This document shows, piece after piece, positions 1 to 12,446 of a stretch of 64,000 nucleotides of DNA; position 1 is the first letter of the stretch, and every line of letters starts with the position of its first letter. The stretch comes from Naegleria gruberi. Taxonomy: Eukaryota. The notes beneath the pieces are model-generated. The model was given only the letters and a program-made list of their open reading frames with translations, was not told where the DNA came from and ran no database searches. The position numbers were made by a program, and so were the translations under genes. The stretch lies in assembly GCA_000004985.1 (NCBI GenBank), contig GG738873.1. One strand, given 5' to 3'.

Positions 1-1382
1 TCGCGTTCGTTCTGACTACAAGAATTGAAACATGTGGCATCTAGAACAATTACTTTGATATCAAAACCTCTATCTTCCATCATTCTCAATAATGAGATAA
101 TGTTTGACTGGTAAACATGAACCCAAACCATATTAATAATCAAATCATCTCTCAACAATGGAATGATCTTTTCAGAATCTGAATCAATGTTGAACAGTTG
201 ATAATGTGAAACGTAGCCAACATATTGATTTTCAACTCCTGGTAAAGTTGTTTGGAAATTGATTACCATTGTTTGTAATCCCGTCTCTGTTAAATCAAGT
301 GAATTATTCAAAAAATCGAGAGATTTCAACTCGATAAAATTGGAGCTAGAATAGGCTCTCACATTAACTTCACTATTGGAAGGATCGAATATTAGGTGAG
401 CATTCTTTAAAATCATTAACATTCCAAATGATTTGGTATAGGCATCACTTTCAATTGTTAAATATTTGAGAGGAATTTCTTTAGTTCTCTTCAGTAGCCA
501 GTAATAAGAAACGAATCCCAATCCAAAAAAGCCAAAGGTATTAATTGAAATAGTGTCAAGATTACATTTGAATTTGTTTTCCGACTTCATCAAATGATGA
601 ATGAACATGGTATTGGTAACTCTATCAGAACATTCGTGGAATAGATTGTAAATTTTAGAAATGGACGAAAGGCTTCTAAATCCATGATATGTCTTGAATA
701 TTTTCTCCATAAAAGTGTGCATCTTATCATATGGAGCCAATCTAAGAATTGCAATCTCGCCTCTATTTGGCATTGTCAAGTTGCTAAGCCATGAGAAATT
801 CGTAGAATAATGAAGAAAATAGTAGAATCTCTTACAAGTCAAAGAAATTGAGGGAAAATCTCTTGGAAACACTAGAAAGGAAAGGACATGTCCCATTAAA
901 TCATCAATTAGCCACTCTGGCCCAACTGAATACTCTTTCACTAATCTCACTGCATGATTCTCTGGTTTCTTTTCACTCATTTCGGTAATTCTATTGGAAA
1001 TTTCCTCTTCCACACACTCAATACAAATAACAATCTTTTCGTCGGGTGCAAACAAATACATGAGCTCGTCAAGTTTCTCTTTCAGAAAATCGACCAATAA
1101 TTCATTGGTTTCCTTTTTAAACTTTTCCAAGGTTAGCAATTTCAAACTGTTTTCATTTAAATTGAAATAATTATGCAGCACGTTTAATGCCATTCTCCAT
1201 TCCTCTGCATTTGTATATCTATTTAGAAATGCAGTTTCTAGAAAAACCTTCTCCATTGACAACCAATTTTCACTCACAATATCATACATGTTAGATTGCT
1301 GATTGATTTGTGCCAATTCATCATCAATTATTTTCAATAATTCTTGATCATGATCATCAACCACTTCTTCTGCATTTCCCAT
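1..1382 (-). CDS. Hypothetical protein, partial: N-terminus at 1382, C-terminus runs off the window edge
   Basis: The minus strand carries an uninterrupted reading frame of more than 460 codons starting at ATG 1382..1380 (MGNAEEVVDDHDQELL...). It is absent from the ORF track because no stop codon falls inside the window. It contains an F-box-like stretch (LIDDLMGHVLSFLVFPRDFPSISLTCKRFYYFL). No other domain was recognised. Confidence 0.5.
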   Translation of the reverse strand, partial: MGNAEEVVDDHDQELLKIIDDELAQINQQSNMYDIVSENWLSMEKVFLETAFLNRYTNAEEWRMALNVLHNYFNLNENSLKLLTLEKFKKETNELLVDFLKEKLDELMYLFAPDEKIVICIECVEEEISNRITEMSEKKPENHAVRLVKEYSVGPEWLIDDLMGHVLSFLVFPRDFPSISLTCKRFYYFLHYSTNFSWLSNLTMPNRGEIAILRLAPYDKMHTFMEKIFKTYHGFRSLSSISKIYNLFHECSDRVTNTMFIHHLMKSENKFKCNLDTISINTFGFFGLGFVSYYWLLKRTKEIPLKYLTIESDAYTKSFGMLMILKNAHLIFDPSNSEVNVRAYSSSNFIELKSLDFLNNSLDLTETGLQTMVINFQTTLPGVENQYVGYVSHYQLFNIDSDSEKIIPLLRDDLIINMVWVHVYQSNIISLLRMMEDRGFDIKVIVLDATCFNSCSQNER

Positions 1383-2169
1383 TCGATTCCTTCTTCTTCT
1401 CCTACTATGAAAATAATAGAAAATCAATTTATGAATCAACTCGCTCACTAAACGATGACACCGAACACATTTCAATTGTGGCCAACAATGAATTAAACAG
1501 AGGGAGTAGTTTCCGTGAGCACATGGAGGACTATTACAAATGGAACAAGTGTATCGACGTGAACACATTTTTTTGATCTTGTTGAACAGTTTACAATGAT
1601 GCTAATTGAGATGATGCTTCAAAATTATGGTGTTCATCACGAATATTAGTATTGTTTAAAATTCGAAAGATAATATTCGAATTTAGTTCATTCCGAAGTT
1701 TAGTTGTTATTATTGAAAATATAATTTATTTTCAATTCCAATCTGATGTTTCTCAATTCAATACCATATAATCCTCTCTCATTCTCGATATTAATAATAC
1801 TTTAAATCTGTGATGAATTTAATCATAATAATAATATTAAATCTCTTTAAAGTTTTCATCAATGAGAATGAATTATTCTTCATGATGTTCATCATGATCA
1901 TGTCCGTGATAGGAATTTGTAAATTCGCCCAAAGTTTTGAATACATTTGCAACGAGTTGGAAAAATTTAATAAAAATATCGCGCATTGCAGCTAACATTT
2001 TTTTTTCAAACCAAAAATCTCGGAAAATTGTAATATTTATTTCATTTAATTGCTTTACCAATTATCAATAATTATTTTGTGAATAATAACAGGCAAGTGA
2101 GAATGAGTTAGTTGGGTGCACACAACTAGAAGAAAACTTGGCCAAGTTCATTCACCTTCCAAAAAAAAA

Positions 2170-3144
2170 ATGTCCTCTCTCAAAAAGCAGGAAGAAACTC
2201 TTTCCTCATCCGATGAAGAAAAGCTCTTGAAAGCCTTTCGTGAATACTCTGCAACTGTTTCCATCGATACAATCGATGGCCCAGTGGAGGTGATCAAAAA
2301 CGAATATGCCAACATGGTGAACAAAGTGGCACATGAGGGAGAGCTCATGCTACAAATATTACCATATTATTCGGGCTTGTTTGATTACTTGCCATCTAGT
2401 TTGAAACAGGATAATGAGTTTAGGATGGGAGCTGTTAAGATTTCCACTAGTTATGCTCGAAATTTTTATCAGATTGATAATGTGGATATTTGTAAATATG
2501 TGTTGGATCATACGAAAAGAAAAAGATGGGACACTAGAAATGTATTGATGAGTTTTTCAAAAACAGTGTTGGAGAATGAGGATATTTCAAAGAAATTGGC
2601 AAAGAAGTTTCCAATGTTCATTAATCTTTGTCCAAAATTGTGTCGTGATGTAAAATTAGTCAAGATTGCAATTGAGAATGATGGAAGGGCTATTCGACAT
2701 GCTTCGAGGGAATTGTTGAGAAATATTAACAATAGGCATTTGATTTTGACAGCTGTCAAGAATTCAAGAAAGAGTCTTTATTACGTTTTGGATTGTATTG
2801 ACAGATCATTTGCAAAACATCCAATCCTCAGTAATGCTGCATTCATGAATTTCAAAAAGAGATGGTTATGTCACATAATACCAGCTAGCATTGAGGTTGA
2901 AATGAGAAAATTATTCAGAGAAGAATATTCACAAGCTGTGAAAAGCAAAGGAAATTCATATAAGGATCCATTGACACATGGAAAGAGTGGAAAAGCACTT
3001 CCAAAGGAATATTTCGAACAAGAATATGTTAATTTTTGTAATGAAGAGGAACAGTTTTTCAAATCTCATTTTCTCTATTGTCATGATAATTTCTTTGGAC
3101 ATTTTTCTGATCTCTCCATAACAACAACAACAACATTCGAATAA
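2170..3144 (+). CDS. Hypothetical protein with DUF4116-like repeats
   Basis: The ORF 2116..3144 most likely starts at the A-run-preceded ATG 2170 (MSSLKKQEE). It has a repeating 'IAIENDGRAIRHASRELLRN...ILTAVKNSRKSLYYV' pattern that resembles DUF4116 repeats. Single exon. Confidence 0.4.
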   Translation: MSSLKKQEETLSSSDEEKLLKAFREYSATVSIDTIDGPVEVIKNEYANMVNKVAHEGELMLQILPYYSGLFDYLPSSLKQDNEFRMGAVKISTSYARNFYQIDNVDICKYVLDHTKRKRWDTRNVLMSFSKTVLENEDISKKLAKKFPMFINLCPKLCRDVKLVKIAIENDGRAIRHASRELLRNINNRHLILTAVKNSRKSLYYVLDCIDRSFAKHPILSNAAFMNFKKRWLCHIIPASIEVEMRKLFREEYSQAVKSKGNSYKDPLTHGKSGKALPKEYFEQEYVNFCNEEEQFFKSHFLYCHDNFFGHFSDLSITTTTTFE

Positions 3145-3510
3145 GCTGATTTTTCTATCATTGACAACACACTGTAAATAAAACAACAACGAGAAATATA
3201 TTTTACAATTTATTAATCCTAGCGCTAGAGATCTCATTGCTGGTTAAAAAGATTTTCATCACTCCTTACTCCGGGTTAGACGAATCTAATCCCAATTGGA
3301 AACTAATCTTCCTAAACTCTAAGTAAATTGACCACCAAATCCTTTGGATCCAAATGGCCAACTGCAGATGTCATCAGCTTATGACCTCAAAAGTTCCATT
3401 CAAAAAAAACCCGCCAACGGTCACTAAGAGGATAAATTGCTTGGTGCAGAAGAAGAATATATAGTTTAAATAGATTACACTCCAACTCCCTATTATTTGT
3501 TTTTATAGGA

Positions 3511-6500
3511 GTGATGAAAAAGAGTAGAATAATGCTTCAGGATGAGGATGAATACTCCTCCGAATTGGTTCTAGAGGAAATTCCCATTCAGCAAGTGGGT
3601 GCTCCTCAGAAAATGTATAGTACAACAACAATGATTGGAACATCAACAAATAATCAACATCATCATCAGCATAATCATCAACATGATAATAGTAGCAGTA
3701 ACATTGGTAACCATAGTAATATCAATAATAATAATAATAATTATAGTGGAATATTGCAGAGGAAGGAAAATCTTGTTGCATCTCATCATCAAATAGTAAC
3801 ATCTAATTTAATAGAAAATCAATCACAGATGCAGCAAATTCGCACTGTCCATGTCCATGATGAGGCCAGGAATGAAGATTTTTGTGGAAATTCCATCAAG
3901 ACGACCAAGTATGAATTCTGGAACTTTATACCAAAGAATTTGTTTGAACAATTTCATAGATTTGCTAATTGTTGTAAGTTGTTTGATATTTCGAATTTTG
4001 GAGTTGTGAATGGAAATAGATTTCATGGCAATGGCCTTATTGCAGACAATTCCTGGGTTGTCACCAACTGGACGATGGACCTCTTTTGTGCCATTGAGTG
4101 TTGTCTTATTGTGCACAATGATAAAGGATGCCTATGAGGATATAAACAGAAGGATTTCTGATAGAGAAACCAATAATCGAGTGGCACATGTGCTTAGGAA
4201 TGGAGTTTTTGTGGATGTTCCCTGGAAGAGTGTCAAGACAGGAGACGTCATTAAGGTGAATAATATGGAACAATTTCCGTGTGATATATTAATTTATTCT
4301 ATATGCCCAATGGAGAAGAAATCTGGAGAGAATTTATGCTATGTGGAAACTTCACAATTGGATGGGTAGGTATCTCAAAATAATCGTTCTAATTAATCTG
4401 TTTATTATTCACAGTGAAACAAATTTAAAGATTAGAATTGCAAATGCAGAAACGAGCCGATTTACATCACCACTAGATTTTGAAAATAAGAGAATGAAAA
4501 TTGAATGTGAAATGGCAAATAACAGACTGTACAAATTTGAGGGAACATTGACAATGGAAAATGGAAAGAAAATCTCCCTCTCTCCAGACAATATTTGTTT
4601 AAGAGTAAGTTTTAATGAAATTTCTCGAGCATGATAAAATTTCTTTAGGGGTCAAGTTTAAAGAATACTCAGAATATCATAGGCGTTGCTGTATATACTG
4701 GAAATGATACCAAATTTATGAGAAATACCAAGTAAGTACTTTATTAAGTTTATGAACTAACAGAGAAAATTAAGGAAAACTCCACACAAAATGAGCAATA
4801 TTGAACGCCTAACAAATAGATTGGTGTTGATGGTTTTAGGAGTTCAATTATTTCTTGTGACTTGTTGTGATATTGGATTAATGATTTGGACTAGTGAGCA
4901 ACAACCAAAAGCTTGGTACATTTTCCCAAAAGCAAGGGAACATGACATTGGATTTATATTATTTGGTGGATTTAAAGGATTCTTTACAATTTTGATTTTA
5001 TTGACCAACTTGATACCTGTTTCGTTGTACGTTTCGATTGAAGCAACTAAATTGATTCAAGGGTCAATGATTAGTAAGGATCTAGAAATGTACCACGAAG
5101 AAACAGATACAAGAGCAAATGTAAGAAGTTGTGCTCTTAATGAGGATTTAGGACAAATTAATTACATTTTTTCTGATAAGACTGGAACACTGACAGAGAA
5201 TAAGATGAATTGTAAGTTTTATATTATTAACAACAATCAAAATATGTTTACATTCTAAATTTTTTAACATGACAGTATTGAAAATATCAATTAATGGAAA
5301 GGTGTACGATATAACAGATCCACAAATAACAAATGGAAATTGGAGACAAACAGAGGATTCCAATGAAATTTTACAATTCCTATTGTTACTTTCACTCTGT
5401 CATACAGTTATTCCTGAGAGGTCTTCCAAGGAAACGAACGGAGCCCAAGACAATACCATCTACCATTCATCCTCTCCTGATGAGATTGCTCTAGTTAAGG
5501 CAGCCAAGTTTTTAGGAGTAGAATTTCTCGATAAGACCACACACCAAGCCAATGTGAAAATACTCGAAGAATTCACATTGAAATATGATTTATTGGATTG
5601 TATTGAATTTTCAAGTGAAAGAAAGAGGCAATCTGTCATTCTCAGAAATGAGAGAGGTGAAATTATTCTCTACACAAAGGGAGCTGACTCTGTCATGTTT
5701 CCCTTACTTAATCCAGAATCCAATCACTTGCCTAGTACTTTACAACATTTGGATAGATTCGGTTCTACTGGTTTGAGAACGTTGGTGTGCGCAATGAGAG
5801 TACTGGATGAAAATGAATATCAACTATGGCATGAAGAGTATGAAAAAGCTAAAACTTCCCTCGACAATAGAAAGGAAAAGATTGAATCAGTTGCCACAAA
5901 AATTGAAAAGGATCTTTTATTATGTGGAGCTACTGGCATTGAGGATAAGTTACAAGAAGGAGTTGCCGATACTATTTACAATTTGAGATTGGCTGGTATT
6001 AATATTTGGGTATTGACTGGTGACAAAATGGAAACAGCCATCAATATTGGCTATTCGTGTGAACTTTTGGGCTCATCTATGAAATTATTAAAGGTAGAAG
6101 GAGAAACCTATGATGCAGTGGAACGACATCTTACTCACTGCCTTGCACAATTGAAAGAAAGTACTTTTTCCAAATTGGATAATAGCGATGTCATTTCTTC
6201 AGAGTATGCCTTAGTAATAGATGGAGAAAAGATGGAATTGGTTTTTTCGCATCAGAATTTGATAGATTTATTCCTTCATGTCTCAATCAAGTGTAAATCA
6301 GTAATTTGTTGTAGAGTTTCACCAAAGCAAAAGGCAGATATTGTCTTGCTAATCAAGAATAATGTTGAAAGTGTCACTCTGGCAATTGGAGATGGAGCTA
6401 ATGATTGCAACATGATTCAAAGTGCTCATGTTGGCATTGGTATTTCAGGATTGGAAGGATTAGCAGCCGTCAATGTTTCAGATTATTCAATTGCCCAATT

Positions 6501-7493
6501 TAGATTTTTGAAAAAACTTTTACTCGTTCATGGAAGATGGAGCTATAGAAGAGTTTCAAAATTGGTGCTCTATTGCTTCTATAAGAATAGTGTACTCTTC
6601 CTGACTCAGATGTGGTATATTTTCTTCAATGGATTTTCTGGAACTAGTATTCACGACAAGTGGAATATCACCATGTATAATTTACTCTTTTCAGGAATAC
6701 CTATTGTTGTATTTGCTGTTTTGGATAGAGATGTTTCTTCAAAGAGTGCTAACATGTTTCCTGAACTCTACTTCCAAGGAAGAAAGAATAGATTTGTAAG
6801 TAATTTATATTGTTGATAATTAATCCCAATTAGTTCAATTGGAAAGTTTTTATTTCATGGATTGTTAATTCAATTTTCCATTCACTTGTTTGCTTTTTCG
6901 TTCCATACCTGGCCTTTGCAGAGAGTAAATTTCCTGATGGACAAGATATTGATGCACAAACAATTGGTATAGTGATGTATACCTGTGCTGTTCTTGTCAT
7001 TACAATGAAACTGGCCATTGAAACCTCAACTTGGACCTGGATTAACTTTTTAACATATGGTCTCAGTATTGCTTTATGGCCTATTTATTTATTTTTCTAC
7101 GGATCTACCTTCCAAATGTTTAGAAGAAGAGCTCCTATTGTGAATGAGTCATATGACATTTCTCAAAGGTATAGAATTATATTTACTGCTCAATTTTGGT
7201 TGGTTGTTCTATTAGTGGTAATTACTTGTTGCATTAGGGATATTTTCTGGAAGTGGTGGATTAGATATTTCCAAACTAAAAAATTATACTACCTTGTACA
7301 GAGTTTGCAACACGAATCCATTACTAGAGATCACATTGCTCACGAAATGCCATTCATTGATAAGGAAGAAATGAGGCCACCAACTATCTCCCTTAAATCG
7401 AGATCATTATCAACTAGATTATCATATTTTAAGGAGAAGGTATTTTCGTACTTTGGTACAGTTTCAAGAAAAAAGTATTCTGAATTTGAGTAG
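3511..7493 (+). CDS. P4-type phospholipid-transporting ATPase (flippase); 7 exons: 3511-3973, 4020-4365, 4415-4604, 4649-4731, 4775-5211, 5276-6795, 6834-7493
   Basis: Frame-consistent splicing joins the track ORFs. The N-terminus reads TTKYEFWNFIPKNLFEQFHRFANC|YFMAMALLQTIPGLSPTGRWTSFVPLSVVLL..YVETSQLDG|ETNLKIR. The P-type phosphorylation motif DKTGTLTENKMN is split by an intron. The hinge TGDKMETAINIG..GDGANDC and the C-terminal TM10-like 'TAQFWLVVLLVV' are present. Introns are 46, 49, 44, 43, 64 and 38 nt and open with GTAAGT or GTAGGT. Confidence 0.85.
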
Positions 7494-7660
7494 GATTAAA
7501 TCAATTAAACTTTGTTTACAAAGCAAAGATGCACTTATTTAAACTTCTAAATCTCTGATCTTCAGTTAATGCACTGATCATTTTGGATATAAGTAATTAC
7601 AACGTAGTTTAGAGGTACAGAAAATGAACAATTATTCTGAATTAGAGTAGAATTAAACCT

Positions 7661-10600
7661 TTACTCACTGTCATCCATTTCATCTTCTTTTTCCATAATA
7701 ACATCAAAAACATTATCCTCCTCATTCAATTTCTTCTTCCTCTTAATGAATTTTATATCCTTTCTCTCTCTGTGAACACGATAATTCGAATAATAGCCCG
7801 TACTATTCCTATTCTTCATCATCATGTTAGCAAAATAAATTAAATTTCCTTTAAAATAATAGGTTTTCAAGTCTGGATTTCTTTTATCACGTAGATACGC
7901 TCTGTATTTTCTTTCAAGTATGTCACTAGCTTCTTCGTATATTATTGTTGGAGTCTCATTCGATTCTGAGTAAGACCAAATATACTTGCATAATTGCTTT
8001 TTCAAGTGTTTTGGATTTGTATAGGCATCTTGAAAGAAATTTCTTGTATGTGGATGGAAACTTTCATTTGTGTGAATGAATAAATTGCAATATAACTTAC
8101 CTTCCAATTGATTGAGTTGTTGGATTAATGATAATCCATTCAATGTGAGATGCAAGGTTACTGATTGGATTTTTTGTATTCATAATATGTTCAATATCAT
8201 TCAATGAGAATTCAAAATATGTTTTTCTTTTGTTCTTTTTCTGATAGTCAGCAACTGTCTGAAGTTTACGGTAGTAATTGGAGGTTGAATTTGCTCGTAC
8301 AGGTACTTGTCTATAATCATGATCTTCAGAAGGGTCAATCATCTTCATTGTTTTCTCCAAATTGTTTTTACCTCCAATAGATTTAAATACAGCATTCCTT
8401 CTTCTATTATTCTTATAACCATGGATAGTTAGTAGAATTCTTGCTAGTCCAGTAACTTGCTTAATGTTTGCAATCTTCTTCTCCCTTGTTGTAGAGTGTC
8501 TTCTTGGGAAATACAAACTAATCCTATCATAAAGAACACTGTTAGCTAATTTCTTGTCATCGTACCCTGGACATCCTATTCTGAAGCCCCTTAAAGCATA
8601 CTTAACAAGCCTTAACTCAAAAGTTGTAGATTGACGATCAACATCAACCAAATTACATCTTGTAGAAAGAGCAACAACAGCTCTTGGTAAGCAGTAAAGT
8701 TGATTTCCATCAAATCTAATGACATTAAATTGAATTTTCACAACATGTAAAGAAACTTACCCAACACAACAGGTGGGAATGTCGAACCCCATAAGTACCT
8801 CTGCAGGTGATTTGTATAAACGAGTAATTACTTGTACTGCAGGCAAGTTATCAAAATTGAATGTAATGGCATGCTGAGTTCTTGTAATGACAATATTTCC
8901 ATCATTTAAATTCGTTTTGAACAGTTTGTAAAGATAGATTATTTTTTCTTCTGCTTGCTTTTCAGTAATGCCATAAAGAAACAAGTCGAGATCACTATTT
9001 TTCCACTGAGGTGATTTTCTATAGTAGGATTCAATATTAGAATATACTCTCTTTGGTGGTGGGGGCCTTGTACCCAAGTATGGTTCAGTTCTACTACTAT
9101 TAGTTTTAAAAGAGAACTCCTCATCTGAACTAGCTGTAAAATAATCTTCATCTATTTTTTCTGAATTACTGTCATCGCTAGACTCACAGTCATCAAAATC
9201 CCAATAGATTCTTTCTCTTGGTTTTGGCTGTGAAGCATCGAACCAATCAAGAGGAATCTCTAATAAACAAGCCAGAATGCCACCACCTAATTTGTCTATT
9301 ATGAGAAAAATTGAAGAAGAATGAATACATACCTGCAGCAAATACATTACTCCAATCCATATCCTTGAATAAATCTCCTGAAAAGACATTGAACTGAGAG
9401 AAGAAAACTTCTCTCGATTTGCAAACCTTAGGTATAGGTGGAGCTTGCAATCCAGAAAACTCATTCACCAACTCGGAACAATCAATAGGACTTTCAAAAT
9501 CAAACAAGAGAGGAACATTTGGTTCAGTTGGCTCAAACATTTTCCTGGAAATATTCTCGTTGGCAAATACGTTAATCATGTGAAGATAGGGATCATTTAA
9601 AATTGGATTTTCTCTATCAGAGACGAACATTCTCCTCAAGAAATCTTCTTCTTGCTTGATTTTCAAATTATTGGAACCTATATCTTCTACAGGAAATCTT
9701 AAGGGGTCCAAGAAATCGACCAAGGAGTGAATTTTAAATTCAATAGCTTCCTTGTAAATCAACTTTCGTTTAGCAGCATCTTTTGGAATATTGTGAGTTG
9801 TACCATATTGTAAATACTGGAAAATGTGGTGAAATATTTCACCATCTCTGTCAATAAATATTTCACTAGTAATATCTTTCAACTCGGTGAGAATTGATGG
9901 AAAGACACTATCCTTATGAATGAGTAATTTTTCCATGCTGATTGTAAATTTGGTTCCTCTAACATTGAAAATGATAGGAGTCTTTCTAAGTGTAGATTCT
10001 TTTTCTTTTAGAAGTTGATCTTCCCTATTCAATTCCTCCTTCTTTTGCTCTACATAATCTTCCAAGATTTTCTTTTCTTGAATGGTAATGTTTGCAAACT
10101 TGTTCAGCCATTTCTCATCTTGCTCATCTTGATCTGAGCTCATTACATTTCTAATTTCCTTTGTTGTAGTACCTTGTTTGACTACTCCTTCCTCCTCCAA
10201 CTTTTTCAATTCCTTTTGATATTGATTAATGAGTAAGGCAATTCTAGCGCTCAATTTACTAGTTCCAAAAAAGTCAGAATCTCTCAATAACTCTCTCAAA
10301 TGAATAAGTGCACTTTCAGATGCCTCCTCCCACAGACCCACGTAATTAGTAGATCCAGTCCTCAAATGCTCCAACAAGATGGGAAAATAATCAGGATTCA
10401 ACTCGTCCAATACAATAGCATCATGTTCACTCTCTCTATCAATTCCAACACCCGATGACAACATGGTCTTGAGCATATTCTCTCTCTTGTTAATGGTGGC
10501 AAGTGTGGTGATGAACAATTTTCCTCCGACCATCAATTTAATCACTACTTGATCACTATTTTCCAAAATTTCCTTCACAATCTTTTGATGGTGATCACCT

Positions 10601-10977
10601 TGATAGGATGAATCGTCATGTATGGTAGATTTAATTGATGATGACGAAGAATTTGAATTTAAATTATTATTATCACTATTATTATTAATATTGATGTTAG
10701 AAAACTTCTCCAACACTTCCAACTCTCTCCTCCTCAGTTCATTCCTCTCCCGTTCTCTCTCCAGTCCAATCAGTGCATCAATTCTAAACTTTTCCACTTG
10801 TTCCCTCTCCCGAATGTGTTTTGGTGTTTCAATTTCTTCATCATCAGCAGCGGATGATGCGAGTGAGAGCAAACTTTCTTTGGATGTTTCATTGGCGGGA
10901 AAATCTGTAAAGCGTTTTCTTTTGAGTGGTGTTTGTTCTTCTTCTTTAATGTTGGTATTGTTGTTACTGTTGATCAT
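7661..10977 (-). CDS. Protein with two BTB/T1 (KCTD-type) domains and a C-terminal domain of unknown function; 4 exons: 10977-9333, 9295-8761, 8715-8101, 8060-7661
   Basis: Two T1/BTB-like segments are seen (VIKLMVGGKLFITTLATINKRENMLKTML...DELNPDYFPILLEHLRTG and IIFNVRGTKFTISMEKLLIHKDSVFPSIL...FIDRDGEIFHHIFQYLQYG). Four track ORFs in different frames are joined by three short GTAAGT/GTATGT..AG introns of 37, 45 and 40 nt with exact phase continuity. The N-terminus has poly-N/S stretches. The C-terminal domain (..IPTCCVGFDGNQLYCLPRAVV..) was not recognised. Confidence 0.6.
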
Positions 10978-11405
10978 AGGATGGATTTCAAATATTGTGT
11001 TTTTGATTTTTTTTTGATTTGAAATTCTAATGGAAAGTGGAAGTCATTGATAATGTGTGAATTTTTGTAAAACCTAAAGTTTGGGAACAACAAAACTGTA
11101 GACGAAACTGTACTTTTGATATTCGAAATGCGGGTTGTATGGAGGAATTAAGGAATATTATTCGCATGAATCCTGAAATTATAACTGAGATTGTAATCAT
11201 TGAAAATTCACATTCAAATAGAAAACCATCCCACCAAAAACATGCCAAGATTTCCTTAGCACCATCAAAAATCAACATGAAATACCACAAACAAACTTGA
11301 TTATAATAAAGCACACACCATTACAATCATGCAGCTGTCAAACGTAATGACATTCGACATATCAGAAAGATCACTACTGGCAGGAAACCTCATCATTAAA
11401 AAAAA

Positions 11406-12177
11406 ATGTCCAAAACTTTAATCTCTCTCTTCCTCGTTATTGCTTTTGCTTTGGTTGTTGCATGCGTGGATGTTACTCCTGAAGAATTGAAAGCAATATT
11501 AACCAACGTCCCAAAGGCCAAGGTCACTAACTATGCTCAATACATGAATGATGCCATGGATGAAGGTGATATTGATACCTGTTGTGAAATTGCTGCTTTC
11601 ATTGCTCAAGTAGGTCATGAAAGTGGTGATTTGAATTGGTTTGTTGAATTTGCCTCTGGTTCTGCTTATGAAGGTAGAAAGGATTTGGGTAATACTGTCA
11701 AGGGTGATGGTGTTAGAGTAAGTGTTATCTTTTAACTGTTTGACTCTTTACACTCTATTCAATTATTATCAATATTATTAATGTATTATTAATCAATCGA
11801 ATAATAATATTATAGTATAAGGGTAGAGGTCCAATTCAAATTACTGGTCGTGCTAATTATCGTGCTGCTGGTAAGGCTTTGGGTGTTGATTTGGAAAATA
11901 ATCCACTCCTTGCTCAAGAACCAGTCATTGGTTTCAAGACTGCTGTTTGTAAGTTGTTTTTTCGCTAAATTTCAGTTTGTTGTAATATTAATATTAATAT
12001 CATTATTAATATCTCTCGTTTTAAATAGGGTTCTGGAATACTAGAAGTTTGAACAAGTATGCTGACTGTTCTCAAGCTAACTTTGATATCATTACCAAGA
12101 GAATCAATGGTGGTTTCAATGGTAAGGCTGACAGAGATGCCAAGTTTGCTAAGGCCAAGAAGGTTTTGAAGTGTTAA
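11406..12177 (+). CDS. Secreted glycoside hydrolase family 19-like lysozyme/chitinase; 3 exons: 11406-11717, 11816-11948, 12029-12177
   Basis: Exon 1 carries a signal peptide ([20 protein letters not shown]) and '[20 protein letters not shown]...YEGRKDLGN'. Exon 2 carries '[15 protein letters not shown]...GFKTAV'. Exon 3 carries 'WFWNTRS...INGGFNG'. These are the hallmark GH19 catalytic-core motifs. The introns are AT-rich GTAAGT..TAG, 98 and 80 nt, with the phase conserved. Confidence 0.7.
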
Positions 12178-12446
12178 ATAAATCATTTTTAATTCTTTCA
12201 AAATAATTGAAAATGCATATCTGTTTCACAAAATGCATTCCATTTCAATCAATTAGGAATTGGAGTTGCATTCTTAATCATAAATGCAAAAACAAACAGC
12301 ATGCATCCAGTTTGGTACATCACACTCTTAATAATTGAGAGTAATTAATCAAGAAGAAATGTTTAATGATGGAAGTAAGGTTCTGCAAACTTTCAATTAA
12401 TTTTTTTTAGTTTTGAAAAAAAGATTTAAAGGCGGGATTAAATAGT

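Noticed and set aside
1310-1576. Plus-strand 88-aa ORF
   Set aside because: It lies inside, and antisense to, the long minus-strand reading frame 1..1382 and its 5' flank. It has low-complexity sequence and no motif.
10622-11017. Plus-strand 131-aa Ser/Leu-rich ORF
   Set aside because: It is antisense to exon 1 of the BTB gene. It is the typical shadow ORF of an AT-rich, N/S codon-biased CDS.
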